Shown: piece by piece, positions 55,834 to 64,000 of the stretch | Layout: each line of letters begins with the position of its first letter | How positions within the stretch are numbered: position 1 is the stretch's first letter | NCBI GenBank assembly: GCA_041946805.1 | Contig: JBHGBC010000002.1 | Coordinates: 101,674 to 165,673 of the forward strand | DNA length: 64,000 nt | Reading direction: 5' to 3' | Source: a bacterium | GTDB taxonomy: Bacteria > Hinthialibacterota > Hinthialibacteria > Hinthialibacterales > Hinthialibacteraceae | Made by a program: the position numbers and the translations under genes | Notes under the pieces: generated by a model | Databases searched by the model: none | The model's input: only the letters and a program-made list of their open reading frames with translations | What the model was told of the DNA's origin: nothing

Positions 55834-55938
55834 GGCAGGTCTCCCTTTTTTCCCGCGGCTGGGCGGGCGGATCGCAAGCCCCTGGTTCTCGCAGTCAATC
55901 CGGCAGCCGGCCGGGCGCGAGTTCCCAAGGCTGGAAAT

Positions 55939-55966
55939 AGTCTATCCGGCCTCTCCCGGGTGTCAA
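55939..55966 (-). promoter_or_regulatory. candidate sigma70 promoter of radical SAM gene
   Basis: Minus strand TTGACA, 16 nt, TAGACT. Confidence 0.45.
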
Positions 55967-56144
55967 TTGAATCCCCGGGGCGGTTCCCTGTTCTGACGGA
56001 AGGCCAACCGCCATTCTCCTAGGTTCTATTGATTTTTCGTAATACAGGCTTCATCAGAATTCCGGATATGGTGCAAGCGCCAACGGCGCGCCAGAAGCGT
56101 ACCCGGGGCTACGCCCGGGAAAAAGGACGATAAAAGGAATAATC

Positions 56145-56177
56145 CCCTCTCCCTTTGGGAGAGGGGCAGGGTGAGGG
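56145..56177 (-). repeat. REP-like palindrome, CCCTCACCC family
   Basis: CCCTCTCCCTTTGGGAGAGGGGCAGGGTGAGGG. Confidence 0.8.
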
Positions 56178-56271
56178 CAGTTCGGAAAGGGCGTCTAACC
56201 AGCCCGGCAGGAAACCGGAACGGTTGTTCCATATAATCGTTTTATATTTACTTGGAAAAACCCAACAGAAC

Positions 56272-57720
56272 CTAACTTCCGCTTCGGAGTTTTCTCAGCA
56301 GCATCTCGCGGACCGCGTCCGGGCTGGCCTTGCCCCGGCTTTTGCGCATGGCCTGGCCGAGAAGAAAGTTGAGCGCCTGTTCCCGCCCGGCGCGGAAACT
56401 GGCCACCGGATCGGGATTCTCGGCGATGATTTCCTCCACGATTTTTTCGATCGCGGCCGTGTCATCCACCACTTCCAGGCCTTTTTCCTGGACGATCCGC
56501 CGGGGCGGGTGGCCGGTTTGGACCATGTCGTTGATGACCCGCTTGGCGATATTCTGGTTGATGGCCCCCTGGTCCACCATCTGGACCAGCTGGGCGAGGT
56601 GTTCAGGCGGGACGGGGATGTCGCCGATGTCCTTGTCTTCCTCGCCTTTGAGTTCGCGGAGGATATAGGTCATGATCCAGTTGCTGTACGCCTTGGGGGC
56701 TTCGTACAACCGGCAGCAGGCTTCGAAATAATCGGCGATGGATTTCTCGGCGGTGAGCACCCCGGCGTCGTACTCGGGAAGCTGGTATTGCTCCACGAAC
56801 CGCTTGCGCTTGGCTCCGCGCAATTCGGGAAGCGCCGCCCGCAGCTCCTCGAGGTAATCCCGGCTGATGTGAATGGGCGGGATATCCGGTTCAGGGAAAT
56901 ACCGGTAATCCTTGGCCCCCTCTTTGACCCGCATGGGGCGCGTCTCGCCCCGCTCGTCGTCCCAGAGGCGCGTTTCCTGGATGACCCGCCCTTCGTCCTC
57001 GAGGATCTCCGACTGGCGCTTGAATTCGTAATCCAGCGCGCGCAGCACGGACCGCATGGAGCCGATGTTTTTGATCTCCACCTTGGTCCCCAGCTCCGAT
57101 GCGCCTTCAGGCCGGATGGAGATGTTGAGTTCAAACCGCAGGGAGCCTTCCTGCATCTTGCAATCGCTGACTTCGAGATACCGCAGCAGGCCGCGCATGG
57201 TTTCCATGAATGCTTCGGCTTCCTCGCGGCCGCGCAGGTCGGGCTGGCTGACGATCTCGAGCAGGCTCGTCCCCGCGCGGTTCAGGTCGACCAGCGAATA
57301 ATACCGCGATCCGATGGCCTGGTGGATCAGTTTCCCCGCGTCTTCCTCCAGGTGGATATTGTGGATGCCCACCGTCTTTTCGGTCCCGTCCTTGAGGACG
57401 ATGGTGAACTGCCCGTTGCGCCCTAGGGGTTGGTATTCCTGCGAGATCTGGTAATTCTTGGGCAGGTCGGGATAGTAGTAGTTCTTGCGGTCGAAGATGG
57501 TGACCTCGGGGATCTCGCAGTCCAGCGCCAGGGCCACCTTCAGGGCCATTTCGAACGCGGTCCGGTTGAGCACGGGAAGCGTGCCGGGCAGGCCCAGGCA
57601 GACCGGATTGACATACTCGTTGGGTTCACCGCCGAACTCGGCGCGGGTCCCGGTGAACGCCTTGGAGCGGGTGGCCAGCTCGACATGGGTTTCAAATCCG
57701 ATTACGGGTTCATACTTCAT
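56272..57720 (-). CDS. gatB: Asp/Glu-tRNA amidotransferase subunit B
   Basis: IG.E.HVEL, FDRKNY.YPDLPK.YQISQ, HLEEDAGK, DYRYFPEPD, Yqey-like tail. Confidence 0.97.
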   Translation of the reverse strand: MKYEPVIGFETHVELATRSKAFTGTRAEFGGEPNEYVNPVCLGLPGTLPVLNRTAFEMALKVALALDCEIPEVTIFDRKNYYYPDLPKNYQISQEYQPLGRNGQFTIVLKDGTEKTVGIHNIHLEEDAGKLIHQAIGSRYYSLVDLNRAGTSLLEIVSQPDLRGREEAEAFMETMRGLLRYLEVSDCKMQEGSLRFELNISIRPEGASELGTKVEIKNIGSMRSVLRALDYEFKRQSEILEDEGRVIQETRLWDDERGETRPMRVKEGAKDYRYFPEPDIPPIHISRDYLEELRAALPELRGAKRKRFVEQYQLPEYDAGVLTAEKSIADYFEACCRLYEAPKAYSNWIMTYILRELKGEEDKDIGDIPVPPEHLAQLVQMVDQGAINQNIAKRVINDMVQTGHPPRRIVQEKGLEVVDDTAAIEKIVEEIIAENPDPVASFRAGREQALNFLLGQAMRKSRGKASPDAVREMLLRKLRSGS

Positions 57721-57919
57721 GAATCCTCACCTGGCCGTTCGAAAAAGTGGGAAAGAACGAAATCAGTAGGGATGATTGTAGCAACATGCCTCCCGCGCTC
57801 GAAGCCGGAACGGGAGGCGGGAGCGCGCGGCGTTTGTTGCCGAAAGCGGCCTCCGCAAGTATGATGTTTTGAATCCTCCGGGACTGGGAGCCTTCCTGCC
57901 ACGGCCAACGTCGCGTCAA

Positions 57920-57967
57920 GGCCGGGTGGATCGAGCGCAAGAGGGCCGGATGGATCGAGCGCAAGAG
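57920..57967. repeat. 24-bp tandem duplication
   Basis: GGCCGGRTGGATCGAGCGCAAGAG x2 (1 mismatch). Confidence 0.85.
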
Positions 57968-58018
57968 GGCAGGGCAGGCTCAAATCGCCACGCCGCTCAG
58001 AATATGATGCGGTATAAT

Positions 58019-58052
58019 CCCCTCTCCCCCCGGGAGAGGGCCAGGGTGAGGG
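58019..58052 (-). repeat. REP-like palindrome, CCCTCACCC family
   Basis: CCCCTCTCCCCCCGGGAGAGGGCCAGGGTGAGGG. Confidence 0.8.
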
Positions 58053-58199
58053 AAAGCCTTTCGCTTCTTCTTGCGCCTGATAAATAAACGCTTGTAGCCA
58101 TGCGTTTCTCCAATTGGAGTCCCCTTCAGGGGACGGCTTTAAAGTAGTCCAGGGGGTCAACCCTGAGCTGACAGAATGCCAACACCGAGGACCAAAAGG

Positions 58200-59729
58200 A
58201 TGTCACAACCGTTTTACCTCACCACCGCGATTTCATATGTCAACGACAAGCCCCATGTGGGGCACGCGTATGAATTCATCGTTTCGGATGCGATCTGCCG
58301 CTTCCGCCGCATGCAGGGGCGTCAGGTTTTCTTCCTGTCCGGAGTGGATGAGCACAGCGCCACCGTGGAAAAAGCGGCCGAGAAAGCGGGACAGCATCCC
58401 CGGGACTATTGCGACTACATGGCCGAGGTGTTCCTCGGCCTGCACCGCCTGACGGGCAGCAGCCTGTCGGATTTCATCCGCACCAGCGAACCGCGCCATC
58501 ACGACACGACCAAGGAACTGCTGTGCCGCGCCTACGCCAAGGGCGACATCTACAAGGGGCATTACGAGGGTTGGTATTGCTTCTCCTGCGAGGCCTTTTA
58601 TCTGGCGGACGATTTGCTGGAAGGCGATCTGTGCCCCGTCCACAAACGCAAGGCGGAATGGCGCCAGGAAGAGAATTATTTCTTCCGTTTAAGCCAATAC
58701 ACGGAAGCCATCCGGCGCCATTTCGAGGAACATCCGGATTTCAACATCCCCCTGATGTACCGCAACGAAATGCTGGGCCTGCTGGACCGCGGCCTGCAGG
58801 ACATCTCCATCTCGCGCTCGACTACCCGCTGGGGCATCACGCTGCCGTGGGATGAAAGCCACGTGTCGTACGTCTGGTTCGACGCGCTGTCGAATTACCT
58901 CACCGGTGTGGGCTTTTTGAAAGACGAGGTCCTGTTCAACACCTACTGGCCGGCGGACGTGCACGTGATCGGGAAGGACATCAACCGCTTTCACTCGGTC
59001 TTGTGGCCGGCGATGTTGTTGTCCTGCGATATCCCGCTGCCCAAGATGGTCCTGGTGCATGGGTTCGTCTATCACAAGGGCGAAAAGATGTCCAAGACGA
59101 TCGGCAACATCGTGGATCCCGTATCGCTCATCGAGCAATACGGGCGCGATCCGTTGCGCTATTTTCTCCTGCGCGAAATCGCCTTCGGCCAGGACGGCAA
59201 CTATTCCGAGGAAGCCTTGATCAACCGCTACAACGCCGATCTGGCCAACGACCTGGGCAATCTCTTCTCCCGCGTGCTGGCCATGATCAAGAAATACCGC
59301 GAGCAGGTGGTCCCTAATACCGCGAGTACGGACGGCGCCTTCCGGGAAGAAATCGAAACAACCCGGCGCGCCTATGTGGAAGCCATGGAACAATACGCTC
59401 CGCACCTGGCGCTCGGCGTGGTTTGGGACTTGGTCTCCAAAGCCAATGATTATGTCCAAAAGCAGGAACCCTGGGCGCTCGCCAAGGATCCCAACAAGAT
59501 AGACGATCTCGACCGTGTATTACTCAACCTGGCCGAGGCCTTGCGCGCCGTGGCGGTGATGATTCATCCCTTCATGCCGGGAACCTCGGAGGAAATGCTG
59601 AAACGCCTCGGTTTCCCCCTCGACGGCGGTTTCCCCTTGCTTCAAGATCTTGAACACGTCGATCTTTGCGCGGGAAAAACCATCGACGTGGGCGCGAGCC
59701 TCTTCCCCCGCATCGACAAGACGAAATAA
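58200..59729 (+). CDS. metG: methionyl-tRNA synthetase (short form, no C-terminal tRNA-binding domain)
   Basis: FYLTTAI.Y, HVGH, YVWFDAL.NY, GKDI..FH, KMSKT. Confidence 0.96.
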   Translation: MSQPFYLTTAISYVNDKPHVGHAYEFIVSDAICRFRRMQGRQVFFLSGVDEHSATVEKAAEKAGQHPRDYCDYMAEVFLGLHRLTGSSLSDFIRTSEPRHHDTTKELLCRAYAKGDIYKGHYEGWYCFSCEAFYLADDLLEGDLCPVHKRKAEWRQEENYFFRLSQYTEAIRRHFEEHPDFNIPLMYRNEMLGLLDRGLQDISISRSTTRWGITLPWDESHVSYVWFDALSNYLTGVGFLKDEVLFNTYWPADVHVIGKDINRFHSVLWPAMLLSCDIPLPKMVLVHGFVYHKGEKMSKTIGNIVDPVSLIEQYGRDPLRYFLLREIAFGQDGNYSEEALINRYNADLANDLGNLFSRVLAMIKKYREQVVPNTASTDGAFREEIETTRRAYVEAMEQYAPHLALGVVWDLVSKANDYVQKQEPWALAKDPNKIDDLDRVLLNLAEALRAVAVMIHPFMPGTSEEMLKRLGFPLDGGFPLLQDLEHVDLCAGKTIDVGASLFPRIDKTK

Positions 59730-59992
59730 CCGCTGGGGAATCCAATCTTCCTGCTTCCTTGATTCCTCCCCCGAAGACCGGGTGAGGTTGGGAGGGAGTT
59801 GTAGAATTTGGATGGATTCGCGCGGCGGCAATCCATCCATCCGGATCCGGGGCTCCATGTCCCGTTCGATTTCGATGAACACCTTCTCCCCCCGGAGGGA
59901 AGGCTGCGTACCGGGTCGCTTTTCCACCGGATTATCCCCGGCCACGCGGCCGGCCCCCCATCCGCGCGGATCATCCTTTCCAGCCATCGATG

Positions 59993-60031
59993 AAAAAAGG
60001 GGAGCAGAATCGAGTTTCTACTCCCCTTTTT
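59993..60031. terminator. bidirectional terminator between metG and ferredoxin
   Basis: AAAAAAGGGGAGCAGAA..TTCTACTCCCCTTTTT. Confidence 0.7.
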
Positions 60032-60077
60032 GGAATTCCACACAGAATTTGTGCAGCACAAAAAAAACGGAACCGCG

Positions 60078-60386
60078 TCATTGGCCGGCCAGGGCCGGAT
60101 CCCACTTGGGGCCATGTGTCACGTCTTCCTTCGAGTTCCGCCGTTTTTCCTCCGTGAACTCGAAGTTGGCGTTCTTGGCGATGAATTCCGACCACTCGCT
60201 GGGCACTTCGTCTTCCGGGAAGATGGCGTTGACCGGGCATACGGGGGCACAGGCATCGCAATCGATACATTCATCCGGATTGATGTAAAGAATGTCATCG
60301 CCTTCGTAGAAGCACTCCACGGGACAGACTTCGGCGCAGTCGCCGTATTTGCAATTCACGCAGGGCTCACACACGACATAGGTCAT
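60078..60386 (-). CDS. fdxA: FdxA-type (7Fe/dicluster) ferredoxin
   Basis: MTYVV.E.C..CKY.DC.EVCPV.CFYEG, INPDECIDC.AC.PVCPV.AI. Confidence 0.9.
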   Translation of the reverse strand: MTYVVCEPCVNCKYGDCAEVCPVECFYEGDDILYINPDECIDCDACAPVCPVNAIFPEDEVPSEWSEFIAKNANFEFTEEKRRNSKEDVTHGPKWDPALAGQ

Positions 60387-60707
60387 TTTTTTTCTCCTTT
60401 TTGAACCTAACCCCTGGGTAATGACGATTGAGTGACAAGGGAGTGACCCGGAGGAAAAACAGCCTGTTAGCGCCACCATCGTCACTTTTCAATGGATATA
60501 TACATTTCCGGGCGCTCAGGAGCAACCCTTGTTTCTCCAGCCAGGCCCCGCACGCCCCATCCGGCGGCCGGCGCCCGCCGTTCATGGTACATCTTCTTTG
60601 TTCCGGTTGGCAACAGGCCTTTCGGCTGGTTCAAATCCGGCAGGTTCGGCAAAAGACAACCAGGTGCGATTTGATCATCCCGGGTCCGGACGATTTCGCG
60701 TATTGCC

Positions 60708-61955
60708 TCATAGAACGGGCAGCACTTCGCTACCCTTGCCCTGTTGAATGGCCGGAATGTAGGTTTCGAGTTCGTTCTGCACGGCCGGATCGGTCAGGTC
60801 GATGGTCTTTTTCTTTTCCGCCGCCATGTAGGCCGCCATGACCAGTTTGGTGATTTCCAATCCATACGACAGCGGGAGGAAGGCGTCGCGGCCGGCGAGA
60901 AAAGCCTCGGCGGCTTCGGCGTTTTCATCCGTGTAGCCGTAGAGGTCGGCTTCGTTGGGCTGCACGGCCAGCAGACCGCGGCTGGCGGTGGCTTTTTCGA
61001 GGGCCGCTTCGGCATTGGCGGCGGCTTCGGCGGCGGCGTCGCCGATGAAAATGGTCAACGGCGAGATCAGGGTGTTGATTTCAAACGCGTAGCCCGGCCC
61101 CATGCCGTCCATGAAGAGCCGCAAGCCCTGTTTTTCGAACATCCACGAATTGGTGAATTGCGATTTGACGATCTGTCCGGTTTCGGGATTCTTGTAAGTG
61201 ATCATGCCGGTGCAGAAATCCTCGGCGGGAGTTTTGGCGTAATCCACGCCACGCTCCTTCTTTAGTTTCTCCCGCCAATAAGGCAATCCCCATTTCAGCA
61301 GTCCCAAATCGCAGGACACCTCTTGCGGCTGCAGGAACGTCACCGGCTTGCCCAGGGGCGTGAGGCAATACCATCCCACGGCGATGCTGTGGCAGCCCAT
61401 GTCGCAGAGCACGCCGCCGCCCTGCCGGACCGGATCCCAGAACCAGGGTTCGTGGGGGCCGCCATGTTCCTCGGCGGACCGGACGAGGGTCAACGGCCCC
61501 ATGGTGCGTTGCTGCGGTTCGAGTTGTTTCCGCTGGGCCTTGACCGGTTTCATTTGCAGCTGGTTTTCGAAATAGGCGGTGCGCAGATTCGCCTCCTGGG
61601 CCAGTTGCACCAGCCGCCGGGCTTCCTTCACGTTGCGGCCGAGGGGTTTTTCACAGATCACCCCCTTGAGCGCGGCGCCTGCTTTGACCGCCGCCACGAT
61701 CTCTTCCATGATGGCGGTCCGCGTGTAGTTGGGACAGTAAATGGCCACCGCGTCCACGTTTTTCGCCAATTCGGTCACGTTGGGGTAAACCACGCAGGGC
61801 CCCAGGTTGCGCGACCGGACGGACGCCGCGAATTCCTCGGATCCTTTCAGGGAGGTGACGCCCGCGATCTCCATGGTCCGCACCTGTTCCATGGCCGTGG
61901 CTTGAAAATGACTGATAAATCCAGCGCCGATCATTCCAACTCTCAGTTTCTCCAT
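60708..61955 (-). CDS. cytoplasmic Gfo/Idh/MocA oxidoreductase
   Basis: IGAGFI, CEKP, GGGVLCDMGCH. Confidence 0.9.
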   Translation of the reverse strand: MEKLRVGMIGAGFISHFQATAMEQVRTMEIAGVTSLKGSEEFAASVRSRNLGPCVVYPNVTELAKNVDAVAIYCPNYTRTAIMEEIVAAVKAGAALKGVICEKPLGRNVKEARRLVQLAQEANLRTAYFENQLQMKPVKAQRKQLEPQQRTMGPLTLVRSAEEHGGPHEPWFWDPVRQGGGVLCDMGCHSIAVGWYCLTPLGKPVTFLQPQEVSCDLGLLKWGLPYWREKLKKERGVDYAKTPAEDFCTGMITYKNPETGQIVKSQFTNSWMFEKQGLRLFMDGMGPGYAFEINTLISPLTIFIGDAAAEAAANAEAALEKATASRGLLAVQPNEADLYGYTDENAEAAEAFLAGRDAFLPLSYGLEITKLVMAAYMAAEKKKTIDLTDPAVQNELETYIPAIQQGKGSEVLPVL

Positions 61956-62287
61956 GATAACCGCCTCTCTTCACATGAGTTCATTGAGATGCAAGGACAA
62001 GGACCGCGCGAATGATTCGCGGACTAAGGTAAGGCAGACGGCCGATACAATCAAGGAGAGAGGGCCATCGGCCCGGGATTCCTGGACTCCTCCAGGCGAA
62101 CCACCCTCGAGAATACACCCCGAACGAAGATTCGACTCTCTTTTTTACGCGAACCGTCTATAATGGAGAAACCGGCTGATGCGTCCGCGCGCGGGACCCA
62201 TCATGTAAGTCTACGCAAGTACAATGTTTACCATGGGCCGGAGAGAGGATTCTCCGGAAGACGACCCCCGGGATATTTGTGCAAACC

Positions 62288-63073
62288 ATGTCCGAGCCTC
62301 GACACCCAGGCGAAACTCAGGCAGCGATGGAAATCAACCATGACGGCTGGTGGCGCGAGTGGTTCAACCATATTTATCTGGATGTGTACTCCCACCGGGA
62401 TGATCACCAGGCGGCGGAGGAAGTGAACGCCATCTTGCCGGTCATCCCGCTGCCGCCCACGGCCCGGATATTGGATCTCTGTTGCGGTAACGGGCGGCAT
62501 TGCCGGGCGTTACACCAGGCGGGATTTCACCGGGTGGTGGGCGTGGATTATTCGTTCCCACTCCTCAAACACGCCATGGCCGAATTGCCGCGCGCCGCCT
62601 ACCTGCGCGCGGACATGCGCCTGCTTCCCTTCCACGACACCCGTTTCGACGCGGTCTTTTCGTTTTTCACATCGTTCGGCTATTTTCGAACGAACGTGGA
62701 AAATCTGGCCGTCTTGCATGAAATCGCGCGCGTGCTGCGGCCGGAAGGGTATTATCTGCTGGACTACCTGAATCCCGCCTACGTGCGCGAGACGTTGGTG
62801 GCGGAGAGCGTGAAGGCGCATGGGGATTTCATCATCCGCGAAAAACGGTTGATCTCCCCGGACGGCGACCGCATCGAGAAGGAAATCGTGATCGAAAACT
62901 GGGGCCTGCGGGACCACCGGTTTTATGAGTCCGTCCAGTTGTACGAATTCGAGTCGATGTTGGACATGTTGGAATCGGTGGATTTGCGGGTGGAGGGCAC
63001 GCTCGGGGATTTCGACGCCACGCCCTTCCATCCCCATTCCCCCCGCATGATCCTGTACGGCCGGCGGAAATGA
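62288..63073 (+). CDS. class I SAM-dependent methyltransferase
   Basis: WW.EWF...YL.VY.HRD, ILDLCCGNGRH, DMR.LPF, FTSFGYF. Confidence 0.9.
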   Translation: MSEPRHPGETQAAMEINHDGWWREWFNHIYLDVYSHRDDHQAAEEVNAILPVIPLPPTARILDLCCGNGRHCRALHQAGFHRVVGVDYSFPLLKHAMAELPRAAYLRADMRLLPFHDTRFDAVFSFFTSFGYFRTNVENLAVLHEIARVLRPEGYYLLDYLNPAYVRETLVAESVKAHGDFIIREKRLISPDGDRIEKEIVIENWGLRDHRFYESVQLYEFESMLDMLESVDLRVEGTLGDFDATPFHPHSPRMILYGRRK

Positions 63074-63082
63074 AACGCTTCC

Positions 63083-63679
63083 TTACCCGCCGGCGGTCAC
63101 GGGCACGCCGGTGACGTCGCCGCCCCACCGGCCGATGTCCCCCTTGCTGATCAGGCCGTTGGAGGCATTGTACGCCAGGGACCTCGCCCCGTAGGGATTT
63201 CCATCTTTATTCAGCACGTATAACCACTCGATGGCGTCCTGCCAGCGGTCGGGCCCCCAACTGGACAGGCAATACCCCTTGGTGCTGAGGTCGGGACGGT
63301 TGATGGCGTTGATCCAGTTGCCCGGCCCCTTGGGTTCAAAAAAATAATTGAAATAGAGATAACTTTCCTTGTTGTTGCCGGTATTGCCCTGCTCCGCCTT
63401 GAAGATATCGCGGAAACTGACACTGGCGATGTAGGAAACCGGCGTGGTCAGGCTTTTCAAATCGACCGTCAGGTGAGAGAAGTTGGGCGGATGCTTGTTG
63501 TTGTCGATGAAATACGAATCGATGGCGGTCGCCAGGGCCTTGAGGTCGGAGTCGGTGCGGGCGATTTTGGCCCGCAACTGGGCATTGAGAAAGTTCGGCA
63601 CGGCGATCGCGGCCAGCACGCCGATGATGGCGACCACGATCAACAACTCGATCAACGTGAATCCACGCTTTGATTTCAT
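63083..63679 (-). CDS. prepilin-type N-methylation (type IV pilin/T2SS pseudopilin-like) protein
   Basis: G-FTLIELLIVVAIIGVLAAIAVP cleavage motif; LTTPV.Y, S.GPD, SNGL.S.GDI. Confidence 0.9.
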   Translation of the reverse strand: MKSKRGFTLIELLIVVAIIGVLAAIAVPNFLNAQLRAKIARTDSDLKALATAIDSYFIDNNKHPPNFSHLTVDLKSLTTPVSYIASVSFRDIFKAEQGNTGNNKESYLYFNYFFEPKGPGNWINAINRPDLSTKGYCLSSWGPDRWQDAIEWLYVLNKDGNPYGARSLAYNASNGLISKGDIGRWGGDVTGVPVTAGG

Positions 63680-63938
63680 GGAATTCCCTTTCTTCCACGC
63701 GTTTCGGTTCACGATATCCTTCTCTAGGTTTACGGTATCACAATTCCCAGGTTTCGGAAATCAACCACACTGAATTATCATGATAGATCGAAGAACCTCG
63801 GTTGGAAACCAAGGGAGCGATTGAGGCGGAAGATTTTTCTCCCCCATGCCCCCAGAGTCAGGAGGAAAACGGCTGCGTTTTCCTCAAATCCCGCGGGAGG
63901 GAAACGTCCTGTACGCCAGCCCGGACATCAATAAAAAC

Positions 63939-64000
63939 GGCTCATCCGGTAAGTGCGTACTTTTTCTTTTTGGTTTGCTATGCTATTCCATCAAACCGTC
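63939..64000. mobile_element. MITE terminal inverted repeat, copy 5 (cut by window edge)
   Basis: GGCTCATCCGGTAAGTGCGTAC preceded by AT-rich ATAAAAAC. Confidence 0.65.

Noticed and set aside
55834..56271. Cobalamin riboswitch upstream of the B12 radical SAM gene
   Set aside because: Conserved B12-box and core motifs not found; region explained by a promoter and REP elements
57920..57967. Possible mini-CRISPR
   Set aside because: Two adjacent 24-bp copies without spacer, and no cas genes
57721..58199. T-box or SAM riboswitch upstream of metG
   Set aside because: No GGTGGNACC T-box motif or SAM-I core found

Overview
High-GC bacterial chromosome segment, mostly housekeeping. It probably comes from a diderm candidate-phylum organism: the pilin-like protein style resembles Sumerlaeota/Hinthialibacterota-type genomes, but this is inference only. 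Contents in order: a consensus sigma70 promoter and complete Leu(CUC) T-box riboswitch in front of leuA; an AT-rich two-gene insert (BglII/BstYI-like nuclease plus MT-A70 methyltransferase); a beta-propeller/GT-C fusion; an unusually long PpiD with an exact 40-aa repeat expansion; a glycoside hydrolase; tyrA, pheA and smg; tRNA-Lys(CTT); a psd-like gene, nadD and proA; and a reduced dcw cluster (mraZ to ftsZ, lacking murF, murB and ddl) followed by a candidate five-way-junction structured RNA. After that come Tat-exported sugar-modifying enzymes, two GHMP kinases (HddA-like and plant glucuronokinase-like) around a divergent ATP-grasp gene, a B12 radical SAM, gatB, metG, a ferredoxin and a pilin-like gene. 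Intergenic DNA carries a roughly 250-bp MITE family (8-bp TSD) and several REP-like palindrome families. No CRISPR array, rRNA, integrase or transposase was seen. All calls are from motif recognition by eye, without database searches.
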